DNA of 64,000 nt from Escherichia coli O157:H7 (GTDB taxonomy: Bacteria; Pseudomonadota; Gammaproteobacteria; Enterobacterales; Enterobacteriaceae). Under the pieces are notes generated by a model. It made no database searches and was not told the DNA's origin. It saw only the letters and a program-made list of their open reading frames with translations. Position numbers and translations under genes: made by a program. Positions 43,271 to 58,563 of this stretch are shown here, piece after piece (the first letter of the stretch is position 1; every line of letters begins with the position of its first letter). The stretch lies in the NCBI RefSeq assembly GCF_013167455.1, contig NZ_CP038328.1. One strand, given 5' to 3'.

Positions 43271-44737
43271 ATGCTACGTATCGCTAAAGAAGCTCTGACG
43301 TTTGACGACGTTCTCCTCGTTCCTGCTCATTCTACCGTTCTGCCGAATACTGCTGACCTCAGCACCCAGCTGACGAAAACTATTCGTCTGAATATCCCTA
43401 TGCTTTCCGCAGCAATGGATACCGTAACGGAAGCGCGCCTGGCTATTGCTCTGGCTCAGGAAGGCGGTATCGGCTTTATCCACAAAAACATGTCCATTGA
43501 ACGCCAGGCAGAAGAAGTTCGCCGTGTGAAAAAACACGAATCTGGTGTGGTGACTGATCCGCAGACTGTTCTGCCAACCACGACGCTGCGCGAAGTGAAA
43601 GAACTGACCGAGCGTAACGGTTTTGCGGGCTATCCGGTCGTTACCGAAGAAAACGAACTGGTGGGGATTATCACCGGTCGTGACGTGCGTTTTGTTACCG
43701 ACCTGAACCAGCCGGTTAGCGTTTACATGACGCCGAAAGAGCGTCTGGTCACCGTGCGTGAAGGTGAAGCCCGTGAAGTGGTGCTGGCAAAAATGCACGA
43801 AAAACGCGTTGAAAAAGCGCTGGTGGTTGATGACGAATTCCACCTGATCGGCATGATCACCGTGAAAGATTTCCAGAAAGCGGAACGTAAACCGAACGCC
43901 TGTAAAGACGAGCAAGGCCGTCTGCGTGTTGGTGCTGCAGTTGGCGCAGGTGCGGGTAACGAAGAGCGTGTTGACGCGCTGGTTGCCGCTGGCGTTGACG
44001 TTCTGCTGATCGACTCCTCCCACGGTCACTCAGAAGGCGTTTTGCAGCGTATCCGTGAAACCCGTGCTAAATATCCGGATCTGCAAATCATCGGCGGCAA
44101 CGTGGCAACAGCTGCAGGTGCACGCGCTCTGGCAGAAGCTGGTTGCAGCGCGGTTAAAGTCGGTATCGGCCCTGGTTCTATCTGTACGACTCGTATCGTT
44201 ACTGGCGTAGGTGTTCCGCAGATCACTGCCGTTGCTGACGCAGTTGAAGCCCTGGAAGGCACCGGTATTCCGGTTATCGCAGATGGTGGTATTCGCTTCT
44301 CCGGCGACATCGCCAAAGCTATCGCCGCTGGCGCAAGCGCGGTGATGGTAGGTTCCATGCTGGCGGGTACTGAAGAATCTCCGGGTGAAATCGAACTCTA
44401 CCAGGGCCGTTCTTACAAATCTTACCGTGGTATGGGTTCCCTGGGCGCGATGTCCAAAGGTTCCTCTGACCGTTATTTCCAGAGCGATAACGCTGCCGAC
44501 AAACTGGTGCCGGAAGGTATCGAAGGTCGCGTAGCTTATAAAGGTCGCCTGAAAGAGATCATTCACCAGCAGATGGGCGGCCTGCGCTCCTGTATGGGTT
44601 TGACCGGCTGTGGTACTATCGACGAACTGCGTACTAAAGCGGAGTTTGTACGTATCAGCGGTGCGGGCATTCAGGAAAGCCACGTTCACGACGTGACCAT
44701 TACTAAAGAGTCCCCGAACTACCGTCTGGGCTCCTGA
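43271..44737 (+). CDS. guaB: IMP dehydrogenase
   Basis: ORF track frame 43202..44737; start chosen at [21 protein letters not shown] (488 aa); catalytic loop [11 protein letters not shown]. Confidence 0.95.
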
Positions 44738-44805
44738 TTCTCTTCGCCCGACTTCATGTCGGGCGATTTATATTATCTGTTTCACTTGCCTCGGAATAAG
44801 CGTCA

Positions 44806-46383
44806 ATGACGGAAAACATTCATAAGCATCGCATCCTCATTCTGGACTTCGGTTCTCAGTACACTCAACTGGTTGCGCGCCGCGTGCGTGAGCTGGGTGT
44901 TTACTGCGAACTGTGGGCATGGGATGTGACAGAAGCACAAATTCGTGACTTCAATCCAAGCGGCATTATTCTTTCCGGCGGCCCGGAAAGTACTACTGAA
45001 GAAAACAGCCCGCGTGCGCCGCAGTATGTCTTTGAAGCAGGCGTACCGGTATTCGGCGTTTGCTATGGCATGCAGACCATGGCAATGCAGTTGGGCGGTC
45101 ACGTTGAAGCCTCTAACGAACGTGAATTTGGCTACGCGCAGGTTGAAGTCGTAAACGACAGCGCACTGGTTCGCGGTATCGAAGATGCGCTGACCGCAGA
45201 CGGTAAACCGCTGCTCGATGTCTGGATGAGCCACGGCGATAAAGTTACCGCTATCCCGTCCGACTTCGTCACCGTAGCCAGCACCGAAAGCTGCCCGTTT
45301 GCCATTATGGCTAACGAAGAAAAACGCTTCTATGGCGTACAGTTCCACCCGGAAGTGACTCACACCCGCCAGGGTATGCGCATGCTGGAGCGTTTTGTGC
45401 GTGATATCTGCCAGTGTGAAGCCCTGTGGACGCCAGCGAAAATTATCGACGATGCTGTAGCTCGCATCCGCGAGCAGGTAGGCGACGATAAAGTCATCCT
45501 CGGCCTCTCTGGTGGTGTGGATTCCTCCGTAACCGCAATGCTGCTGCACCGCGCTATCGGTAAAAACCTGACTTGCGTATTCGTCGACAACGGCCTGCTG
45601 CGTCTCAACGAAGCAGAGCAGGTTCTGGATATGTTTGGCGATCACTTTGGTCTTAACATTGTTCACGTACCGGCAGAAGATCGCTTCCTGTCAGCGCTGG
45701 CTGGCGAAAACGATCCGGAAGCAAAACGTAAAATCATCGGTCGCGTTTTCGTTGAAGTATTCGATGAAGAAGCGCTGAAACTGGAAGACGTGAAGTGGCT
45801 GGCGCAGGGCACCATCTACCCTGACGTTATCGAATCTGCGGCGTCTGCAACCGGTAAAGCACACGTCATCAAATCTCACCACAACGTGGGCGGCCTGCCG
45901 AAAGAGATGAAGATGGGCCTGGTTGAACCGCTGAAAGAGCTGTTCAAAGACGAAGTGCGTAAGATTGGTCTGGAGCTGGGCCTGCCGTACGACATGCTGT
46001 ACCGTCACCCGTTCCCGGGACCAGGCCTTGGCGTTCGTGTTCTGGGTGAAGTGAAGAAAGAGTACTGTGACCTGCTGCGCCGTGCTGACGCCATCTTCAT
46101 TGAAGAACTGCGTAAAGCGGACCTGTACGACAAAGTCAGCCAGGCGTTCACCGTCTTCCTGCCAGTACGTTCCGTTGGCGTAATGGGCGATGGTCGTAAG
46201 TATGACTGGGTTGTCTCTCTGCGTGCTGTCGAAACCATCGACTTTATGACCGCACACTGGGCGCATCTGCCGTACGATTTCCTCGGTCGCGTTTCCAACC
46301 GCATTATCAATGAAGTGAACGGTATTTCCCGCGTGGTGTATGACATCAGCGGCAAGCCACCAGCTACCATTGAGTGGGAATGA
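44806..46383 (+). CDS. guaA: GMP synthase (glutamine-hydrolysing)
   Basis: 525 aa ORF; GATase Cys (GVCYGMQ), PP-loop SGGVDSS. Confidence 0.95.
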   Translation: MTENIHKHRILILDFGSQYTQLVARRVRELGVYCELWAWDVTEAQIRDFNPSGIILSGGPESTTEENSPRAPQYVFEAGVPVFGVCYGMQTMAMQLGGHVEASNEREFGYAQVEVVNDSALVRGIEDALTADGKPLLDVWMSHGDKVTAIPSDFVTVASTESCPFAIMANEEKRFYGVQFHPEVTHTRQGMRMLERFVRDICQCEALWTPAKIIDDAVARIREQVGDDKVILGLSGGVDSSVTAMLLHRAIGKNLTCVFVDNGLLRLNEAEQVLDMFGDHFGLNIVHVPAEDRFLSALAGENDPEAKRKIIGRVFVEVFDEEALKLEDVKWLAQGTIYPDVIESAASATGKAHVIKSHHNVGGLPKEMKMGLVEPLKELFKDEVRKIGLELGLPYDMLYRHPFPGPGLGVRVLGEVKKEYCDLLRRADAIFIEELRKADLYDKVSQAFTVFLPVRSVGVMGDGRKYDWVVSLRAVETIDFMTAHWAHLPYDFLGRVSNRIINEVNGISRVVYDISGKPPATIEWE

Positions 46384-46410
46384 TTTGACCCTGCACTATG
46401 AATGAACAAA

Positions 46411-46438
46411 ACCCTCTGTTACTACAGAGGGTTTTTTA
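46411..46438. terminator. Rho-independent terminator after guaA
   Basis: accctctgttactacagagggtttttt. Confidence 0.75.
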
Positions 46439-46475
46439 TCTTCAAGAATTATAGGCTTGAAGTTACTAACATCGA

Positions 46476-47015
46476 TTAATTAAACCAGCTGTCCGATTTA
46501 TTCTCTTCTGCTTTGCCCACGCTTTTCATCAGATCGCGACCGCCTTCAGTCATATTTCTGTTGGCGTCAGCTTCAGATTGCACGACATCAGTTTGCGCGG
46601 CTTTGTGCTTCAGCTCCTGATCGATAAATTCGTTTTCTCGCTTAACGCGGGCTTCTTCTTTTGCCAGCGCCAGTTTTTGTTTCTGAATCTCTAAGCTGCG
46701 TAGCTCATCTTCATAACTTTGATCGCGTTTTTTGTCCGCAGTGGCTTCGGCGTCCAGTTTATCCTGACGAGCTTTCTTATTTGCCGCTGCCGTTGCCGCT
46801 CTTTTGTTAGCGGCAGCCTGGGCATTTGCGCGACGTTGCTTCTCTTGCTGGATTTCCCTGTTGCGCTCCGCGACCCATTCGTCATGCTGCCTTTGCTCTT
46901 CATTTTTACCTTGCTGTTCCGCTTCTGCGACAGCAGAGAGTTGATCCTGCAATGATGAGGCGATAGCCGGATAGCTTAAGGAGGCTAAGATGGCGCAAAG
47001 AAAAACTTTCTTCAT
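46476..47015 (-). CDS. yfgI: Secreted low-complexity charged (coiled-coil) protein YfgI
   Basis: 179 aa ORF; signal peptide MKKVFLCAILASLSYPAIASS, then a Gln/Glu/Lys/Ala-rich sequence. Confidence 0.85.
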   Translation of the reverse strand: MKKVFLCAILASLSYPAIASSLQDQLSAVAEAEQQGKNEEQRQHDEWVAERNREIQQEKQRRANAQAAANKRAATAAANKKARQDKLDAEATADKKRDQSYEDELRSLEIQKQKLALAKEEARVKRENEFIDQELKHKAAQTDVVQSEADANRNMTEGGRDLMKSVGKAEENKSDSWFN

Positions 47016-47030
47016 GACTCCTCCTGATTA

Positions 47031-47549
47031 TTAGCTCTTTTCAGGACATTTGGTATTTGGCTGAATACGCGTTTCGTTATACGTCGTGGTAATAACAACG
47101 GCTAAACCTGTCGTAAACTGGCACTCTTTACCCACCTGAGTAGAGGTATACACTTTGGTGCCTTCCTTATACGTTAAAGAAACACCTTCCACTAAGGTTT
47201 TATCATTCATCATAGAACCCGCTGCCGCGCCTACAGCTCCGCCGCCAACTGCACCTGCCGTCGTTCCGGAATTGCTGCCAGACCCGACGTTGTGGCCGAT
47301 AACACCGCCAGCGACTGCGCCAATAAGCGCGCCGAAGGCTTGTGCGTTCCGTTTATTTTGGGAGTTGTCTACGGCAACTTTTGCGGGAAGAATGGAAATA
47401 ATATTAACGGTTTTAGTTTCTTGTTTGGTATTCAGTTGATCGGTTTGATAAACATCGGCGGCATGATCGTCAGCATTTGACTGGCATCCTGCCAGAGTGA
47501 ATGACGCTAACATTGCCACAGGCAGAAGACATTTTTTAAATTTCATCAC
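47031..47549 (-). CDS. yfgH: Glycine-zipper outer-membrane lipoprotein YfgH
   Basis: 172 aa ORF; lipobox FTLAGCQS; Gly/Ala-rich segment GALIGAVAGGVIGHNVGSG. Confidence 0.85.
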   Translation of the reverse strand: MMKFKKCLLPVAMLASFTLAGCQSNADDHAADVYQTDQLNTKQETKTVNIISILPAKVAVDNSQNKRNAQAFGALIGAVAGGVIGHNVGSGSNSGTTAGAVGGGAVGAAAGSMMNDKTLVEGVSLTYKEGTKVYTSTQVGKECQFTTGLAVVITTTYNETRIQPNTKCPEKS

Positions 47550-47859
47550 TATTCCTTGTTATACACATTACGAAAAATAAGACATTTAAGATCATCAAAA
47601 GAGGAAAGTAAATGTATTGCGTATAAAGGGATGGATTAAATTTATTAAAATTCACGCCGGGAATAATTTATAAAAATACATCATTACAACATATATATTA
47701 ATTTTATATTTATTTCGCAGCCAAACAGGATAAACATCAGTCGGGACAAAGACGTATAATTTAAGATGAAAGAATATCTGCCGCTTTGATAATTCCAAAG
47801 AGCAAAAGCATCCGACAGCGAAGCGCCGTTATGTTCTGTGAAAGTGGAGAAGGTAACCG

Positions 47860-48051
47860 CTAACGTTGTACCGGTGATTCGACGGAGAGTGTGGATTGCT
47901 GAGCTTCTTTTTTGCTCTGATGGTGCTGCCAGGCACCGACGGACGAGTAGATAAAACGGCCAAAGAAGAAGATAAAGCTGATGAGCAGTACGATACGGGT
48001 CATGCGACTGTTAAATCGGTGTCGTTTTCGCATACTGGTTGCCTGACTCAC
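47860..48051 (-). CDS. yfgG: Small membrane protein YfgG
   Basis: 63 aa ORF with one hydrophobic helix (IVLLISFIFFFGRFIY). Confidence 0.7.
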   Translation of the reverse strand: MSQATSMRKRHRFNSRMTRIVLLISFIFFFGRFIYSSVGAWQHHQSKKEAQQSTLSVESPVQR

Positions 48052-48261
48052 AAAAGGTTCCTTGAAGTATGTCCCACGCCGTGGACGGTACTTACATTAA
48101 GGCACAACAGGACAAAATGGTCAATTCTTCGTTATGTAAAAAATCGTCAGTGGATACATATTTTAATGTTATGGAAGTTAATTTAATTATTTACAATGAT
48201 GATGTAATAATGATGAATTAACATGATAAACGTAATAATTCATTAATCAGGGTTATTTTGT

Positions 48262-48275
48262 TTGATATATATCAA
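48262..48275 (+). promoter_or_regulatory. Consensus FNR box upstream of pdeF
   Basis: TTGATatatATCAA is an exact match to TTGAT-N4-ATCAA, in the AT-rich divergent region between yfgG and pdeF. Confidence 0.65.
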
Positions 48276-48402
48276 TTGGAACTTTCATATGACACTTAGA
48301 ATCAATGCTCTCTATAGTGATGAATAATCATCATTCGAAGTCAGGTGGGATGCCTGTCTGAATACACCTCCTTCAGGATGTGGGGGATTCTGCTGAGCAT
48401 CT

Positions 48403-50646
48403 ATGAAACTGAATGCAACTTATATAAAAATACGTGATAAATGGTGGGGGCTTCCGCTGTTCCTGCCTTCTTTAATCTTGCCCATTTTCGCCCACATTAA
48501 TACTTTCGCGCATATTTCTTCCGGTGAGGTTTTTCTCTTTTATCTGCCTCTGGCACTGATGATCAGCATGATGATGTTTTTCAGCTGGGCGGCATTGCCA
48601 GGGATCGCCTTAGGGATTTTTGTCCGCAAATATGCAGAGCTGGGTTTTTACGAAACGCTCTCATTAACGGCTAATTTTATTATCATTATCATTCTCTGTT
48701 GGGGCGGTTACAGGGTCTTTACTCCCCGGCGTAACAACGTTTCACATGGTGATACCCGTTTAATTTCCCAGCGTATATTCTGGCAGATTGTGTTTCCTGC
48801 AACGCTGTTTCTGATACTTTTCCAGTTTGCTGCATTTGTAGGATTACTGGCGAGCAGAGAAAATCTGGTTGGCGTCATGCCTTTTAATCTCGGGACCTTA
48901 ATCAATTATCAGGCCTTACTGGTGGGCAATCTGATTGGTGTCCCGCTGTGCTACTTCATCATTCGGGTAGTGCGAAATCCGTTTTATTTACGTAGTTATT
49001 ATTCGCAATTAAAACAGCAGGTTGATGTCAAAGTCACCAAAAAAGAGTTCGCACTCTGGCTGCTGGCATTAGGTGCTTTACTGTTGCTGTTATGCATGCC
49101 GTTAAATGAAAAAAGCACAATTTTTAGCACCAATTATACCTTGTCATTATTGCTGCCCCTGATGATGTGGGGAGCGATGCGCTATGGTTATAAGCTGATT
49201 TCGCTGCTCTGGGCGGTCGTGTTGATGATCAGCATCCACAGCTATCAAAATTACATTCCCATTTATCCTGGCTATACCACGCAGCTGACCATAACCTCCT
49301 CCAGTTATCTGGTATTCTCTTTTATTGTCAATTATATGGCTGTACTGGCAACCCGTCAGAGAACGGTAGTCAGACGCATTCAGCGCCTTGCGTATGTGGA
49401 CCCGGTGGTTCATCTGCCAAATGTTCGCGCCCTGAATCGCGCGTTGCGTGATGCCCCCTGGTCTGCGCTTTGTTATTTACGCATCCCTGGCATGGAAATG
49501 CTGGTTAAAAACTATGGCATCATGCTGCGGATTCAATACAAGCAAAAACTTTCTCACTGGCTGTCACCCTTGCTGGAACCAGGTGAAGATGTTTATCAGC
49601 TTTCGGGTAACGATCTCGCGCTGCGACTGAATACAGAATCGCACCAGGAGCGCATTACCGCACTGGATAGCCATCTCAAGCAATTTCGTTTCTTTTGGGA
49701 TGGCATGCCGATGCAACCGCAGATTGGCGTCAGTTACTGCTATGTGCGCTCGCCAGTGAATCATATCTACCTGCTGCTGGGAGAGCTAAATACGGTCGCC
49801 GAACTTTCCATCGTGACCAACGCCCCGGAAAATATGCAGCGTCGCGGGGCAATGTATTTGCAACGCGAATTGAAAGATAAAGTCGCGATGATGAATCGAC
49901 TACAGCAGGCGCTGGAACACAACCATTTTTTCCTGATGGCCCAGCCGATTACCGGTATGCGTGGTGATGTTTACCATGAAATTCTTCTGCGCATGAAAGG
50001 TGAGAATGATGAACTAATCGGCCCCGATAGCTTCTTGCCGGTCGCGCACGAATTTGGTTTATCGTCGAGTATCGACATGTGGGTCATTGAGCATACGCTG
50101 CAATTTATGGCTGAAAACAGAGCGAAGATGCCCGCTCACCGTTTTGCTATTAATCTGTCTCCAACCTCGGTATGTCAGGCTCGTTTTCCTGTTGAAGTCA
50201 GTCAGTTGCTGGATAAATATCAGATTGAAGCGTGGCAACTTATTTTTGAAGTCACCGAAAGTAATGCTCTGACCAATGTTAAGCAGGCGCAAATCACCTT
50301 GCAGCATCTTCAGGAATTAGGCTGCCAGATTGCGATTGATGATTTCGGCACCGGCTACGCCAGCTATGCGCGGCTTAAAAATGTGAATGCCGATCTGCTT
50401 AAAATTGACGGCAGTTTTATCCGCAATATTGTGTCAAATAGTCTGGATTATCAGATAGTGGCATCGATTTGCCACCTGGCGCGAATGAAGAAAATGCGGG
50501 TAGTGGCAGAGTACGTTGAAAACGAAGAGATCCGCGAGGCGGTGCTCTCTTTGGGGATCGATTATATGCAGGGTTATCTTATTGGTAAGCCGCAACCGTT
50601 AATTGATACGCTGAATGAAATCGAACCCATTCGCGAAAGTGCCTGA
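48403..50646 (+). CDS. pdeF: Membrane-bound c-di-GMP phosphodiesterase (MASE1, degenerate GGDEF, EAL)
   Basis: 747 aa ORF; multi-pass N-terminal half; EAL-domain signature in C-terminal half. Confidence 0.9.
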   Translation: MKLNATYIKIRDKWWGLPLFLPSLILPIFAHINTFAHISSGEVFLFYLPLALMISMMMFFSWAALPGIALGIFVRKYAELGFYETLSLTANFIIIIILCWGGYRVFTPRRNNVSHGDTRLISQRIFWQIVFPATLFLILFQFAAFVGLLASRENLVGVMPFNLGTLINYQALLVGNLIGVPLCYFIIRVVRNPFYLRSYYSQLKQQVDVKVTKKEFALWLLALGALLLLLCMPLNEKSTIFSTNYTLSLLLPLMMWGAMRYGYKLISLLWAVVLMISIHSYQNYIPIYPGYTTQLTITSSSYLVFSFIVNYMAVLATRQRTVVRRIQRLAYVDPVVHLPNVRALNRALRDAPWSALCYLRIPGMEMLVKNYGIMLRIQYKQKLSHWLSPLLEPGEDVYQLSGNDLALRLNTESHQERITALDSHLKQFRFFWDGMPMQPQIGVSYCYVRSPVNHIYLLLGELNTVAELSIVTNAPENMQRRGAMYLQRELKDKVAMMNRLQQALEHNHFFLMAQPITGMRGDVYHEILLRMKGENDELIGPDSFLPVAHEFGLSSSIDMWVIEHTLQFMAENRAKMPAHRFAINLSPTSVCQARFPVEVSQLLDKYQIEAWQLIFEVTESNALTNVKQAQITLQHLQELGCQIAIDDFGTGYASYARLKNVNADLLKIDGSFIRNIVSNSLDYQIVASICHLARMKKMRVVAEYVENEEIREAVLSLGIDYMQGYLIGKPQPLIDTLNEIEPIRESA

Positions 50647-50651
50647 ATAAT

Positions 50652-50678
50652 GCGGGCCGACATTTCTCGTCGGCCCGC
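50652..50678. terminator. Bidirectional terminator between pdeF and ppx
   Basis: gcgggccgac atttctc gtcggcccgc, a 10 bp perfect stem between convergent genes. Confidence 0.65.
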
Positions 50679-50684
50679 AAAGCA

Positions 50685-54297
<3,613 letters not shown>

Positions 54298-54467
54298 TAC
54301 CACTTTTACTCCGTTTTATTCACGGGACACTGCCTGGATATTATGGCGAGCAATATTGGCAGATGTCCAACTATGCCAGAAAAGGGGGAAAAAAACTGCT
54401 GGAGCTTGCGATTTACAGGTGAATTGAAAAACGCCAGCGGCAGAGCTGGCGCTTTAACTACGGGGCA

Positions 54468-55105
54468 TTACTCGTCGGCAGCGTAGCCCTGCGGCGGCAG
54501 ACGTTGACCATCCAGCCACGCGGCGTTTTCGTGCATTTTCAGACGACCATCGGCAAACCAGCTAATCACCAGTGGATAAATGGCGTGTTCCTGGGTTTGC
54601 ACGCGGGCGGTGACGTCATCCTCCGTATCACCAGCAAATACCGGGACTTTCGCCTGTAAAATAACCGGGCCACCGTCCAGTTCATCGGTGACGAAATGCA
54701 CCGATGTACCGTGCTCTTCATCGCCATTTTCCAGCGCCTGACGATGGGGATGTAATCCGGGATATTTCGGCAGCAGAGAAGGGTGAATGTTCAGCAAACG
54801 CCCGGCATAGTGGGAGACAAATGCCGGGCTGAGAATGCGCATAAAACCAGCCAGCACGACCACATCGGGTGCGTACATGTCGATTTCATGAATCAACTCC
54901 CGGTCATAGGCTTCACGACTGTCAAACGCGCTGGCGATGAGCGTATGCGTTGCAATACCCGCCTGGCGGGCGCGTTCAAGGCCGAACGCGTCGGCCTTAT
55001 TGCTGAAAACTGCCCGTACGGTGCCTTTAATTTTGTTGGTTTTACAGGCGTCAATAATTGCCTGCAAATTACTTCCGTTGCCGGAAATAAGCACCACAAT
55101 ATTCA

Positions 55106-55106
<1 letters not shown>
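54468..55106 (-). CDS. purN: Phosphoribosylglycinamide formyltransferase
   Basis: 212 aa ORF MNIVVLISGNGSNLQAIIDA. Confidence 0.94.
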
Positions 55107-56161
<1,055 letters not shown>

Positions 56162-56205
56162 TTACTTGCGGTAGAAAAATAAAATTCGGCGCAATTCTAA
56201 CAGGG

Positions 56206-56223
56206 AAAGCAAACGTTTGCGAG
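56206..56223. promoter_or_regulatory. PurR operator (pur box) of purMN
   Basis: aaaGCAAACGTTTGCgag, palindromic core matching the pur box consensus, about 65 bp upstream of purM start. Confidence 0.7.
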
Positions 56224-56419
56224 ACTGCTTTACACAACCTTTTTGCACGTCTTTTCCCCAGGCGCGCGGCGAAAGAAGACTTGTGCCAGGGCAAAGGTTA
56301 GTTTTCGGATGGAATAATCTTCTTTCATAACCATTTGAATATAAAATAACTTTATCTCAAACCGTTATCATTTTGACTAAAGTCAACGAAAATAATATTG
56401 CCGCCTTGAAGAAAGGAGG

Positions 56420-56440
56420 TATAATCCGTCGATTTTTTTT
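56420..56440 (+). promoter_or_regulatory. upp promoter -10 and initially transcribed T-tract (UTP-sensitive reiterative transcription)
   Basis: TATAAT at 56420..56425 followed by GATTTTTTTTG (8 T run). Confidence 0.65.
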
Positions 56441-56467
56441 GTGGCTGCCCCTCAAAGGAGAAAGAGT

Positions 56468-57094
56468 ATGAAGATCGTGGAAGTCAAACACCCACTCGTC
56501 AAACACAAGCTGGGACTGATGCGTGAGCAAGATATCAGCACCAAGCGCTTTCGCGAACTCGCTTCCGAAGTGGGTAGCCTGCTGACTTACGAAGCGACCG
56601 CCGACCTCGAAACGGAAAAAGTAACTATCGAAGGCTGGAACGGCCCGGTAGAAATCGACCAGATCAAAGGTAAGAAAATTACCGTTGTGCCAATTCTGCG
56701 TGCGGGTCTGGGGATGATGGACGGTGTGCTGGAAAACGTTCCGAGCGCGCGCATCAGCGTTGTCGGTATGTACCGTAATGAAGAAACGCTGGAGCCGGTA
56801 CCGTACTTCCAGAAACTGGTTTCTAACATCGATGAGCGTATGGCGCTGATCGTTGACCCAATGCTGGCAACCGGTGGTTCCGTTATTGCGACCATCGACC
56901 TGCTGAAAAAAGCGGGCTGCAGCAGCATCAAAGTTCTGGTGCTGGTAGCTGCGCCAGAAGGTATCGCTGCGCTGGAAAAAGCGCACCCGGACGTCGAACT
57001 GTATACCGCATCGATTGATCAGGGACTGAACGAGCACGGATACATTATTCCGGGCCTCGGCGATGCCGGTGACAAAATCTTTGGTACGAAATAA
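56468..57094 (+). CDS. upp: Uracil phosphoribosyltransferase
   Basis: ORF track frame 56441..57094; start chosen at [14 protein letters not shown] (208 aa). Confidence 0.94.
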
Positions 57095-57110
57095 AGAATA
57101 AAAATAATTA

Positions 57111-57140
57111 AAGCCGACTTTAAGAGTCGGCTTTTTTTTG
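57111..57140 (+). terminator. Rho-independent terminator after upp
   Basis: aagccgactt taag agtcggcttttttttg. Confidence 0.75.
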
Positions 57141-57179
57141 AGTAAAGCGCCTATAACACATAATACAGAGGATAATACT

Positions 57180-58469
57180 ATGACGCGCCGTGCTATCGGG
57201 GTGAGTGAAAGACCGCCACTTTTACAGACAATCCCGCTTAGTTTGCAACATTTGTTCGCCATGTTTGGTGCAACCGTCCTGGTGCCCGTCTTATTTCATA
57301 TTAACCCGGCGACTGTACTGTTATTTAACGGTATTGGAACGCTGCTGTATCTCTTCATCTGTAAAGGGAAAATTCCGGCTTATCTTGGTTCCAGCTTTGC
57401 CTTTATTTCACCGGTATTGTTACTGTTGCCGTTAGGGTATGAAGTCGCGCTGGGCGGCTTTATTATGTGCGGCGTGCTGTTCTGCCTGGTTTCTTTTATC
57501 GTGAAGAAAGCGGGGACCGGCTGGCTGGACGTGCTGTTTCCACCTGCGGCAATGGGCGCAATCGTTGCCGTCATCGGTCTGGAGCTGGCGGGCGTAGCTG
57601 CCGGTATGGCGGGTTTACTCCCGGCTGAAGGGCAAACGCCAGACTCCAAAACCATCATCATCTCTATTACCACCCTGGCGGTCACGGTTTTAGGTTCCGT
57701 GCTGTTCCGTGGTTTCCTGGCAATTATCCCGATTTTAATTGGCGTGCTGGTGGGGTACGCGCTCTCTTTCGCAATGGGAATTGTCGATACCACGCCGATT
57801 ATTAATGCTCACTGGTTTGCGCTGCCAACCCTCTATACGCCGCGCTTCGAGTGGTTTGCCATTCTGACTATTCTGCCAGCGGCGTTAGTGGTTATTGCCG
57901 AACACGTAGGGCACCTGGTAGTAACGGCTAATATCGTCAAAAAAGATCTGCTGCGCGATCCAGGTCTGCACCGTTCGATGTTTGCTAACGGCTTGTCGAC
58001 CGTGATCTCCGGCTTCTTTGGCTCCACGCCAAACACCACCTACGGGGAAAACATTGGCGTGATGGCGATCACCCGTGTTTACAGTACCTGGGTTATCGGC
58101 GGGGCGGCGATTTTCGCTATCCTGCTTTCCTGCGTCGGTAAACTGGCTGCCGCTATCCAGATGATCCCATTGCCGGTGATGGGCGGCGTTTCGCTGCTGC
58201 TTTATGGTGTCATCGGTGCTTCCGGTATTCGTGTTTTGATCGAATCGAAAGTGGATTACAACAAAGCACAGAACCTGATCCTGACTTCCGTGATTTTGAT
58301 CATCGGCGTCAGTGGCGCGAAGGTAAACATTGGCGCGGCGGAGCTGAAAGGTATGGCGCTGGCGACCATCGTCGGTATCGGCTTAAGTTTGATTTTCAAA
58401 CTGATTAGTGTGCTGCGCCCTGAAGAAGTGGTGCTGGACGCAGAAGACGCGGATATAACAGACAAATAA
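57180..58469 (+). CDS. uraA: Uracil:H+ symporter (NCS2 family)
   Basis: ORF track frame 57138..58469; start chosen at [16 protein letters not shown] (429 aa); multi-pass. Confidence 0.93.
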   Translation: MTRRAIGVSERPPLLQTIPLSLQHLFAMFGATVLVPVLFHINPATVLLFNGIGTLLYLFICKGKIPAYLGSSFAFISPVLLLLPLGYEVALGGFIMCGVLFCLVSFIVKKAGTGWLDVLFPPAAMGAIVAVIGLELAGVAAGMAGLLPAEGQTPDSKTIIISITTLAVTVLGSVLFRGFLAIIPILIGVLVGYALSFAMGIVDTTPIINAHWFALPTLYTPRFEWFAILTILPAALVVIAEHVGHLVVTANIVKKDLLRDPGLHRSMFANGLSTVISGFFGSTPNTTYGENIGVMAITRVYSTWVIGGAAIFAILLSCVGKLAAAIQMIPLPVMGGVSLLLYGVIGASGIRVLIESKVDYNKAQNLILTSVILIIGVSGAKVNIGAAELKGMALATIVGIGLSLIFKLISVLRPEEVVLDAEDADITDK

Positions 58470-58563
58470 TGTACCGACCGGGCAGTGTTGCTGCCCGGTT
58501 CAAACATCATGGGATTCTGTGGTAAACTTCTCGCGATTTTGTGAAATCCTGGTTGAGGTATCT

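Noticed and set aside
43274-46266. Multiple minus-strand ORFs (110 to 287 aa) inside guaB and guaA
   Set aside because: Antisense shadow ORFs in highly expressed, GC3-biased genes.
56357-57262. 301 aa minus-strand ORF spanning upp
   Set aside because: Antisense shadow ORF overlapping upp and its terminator; no plausible start context.
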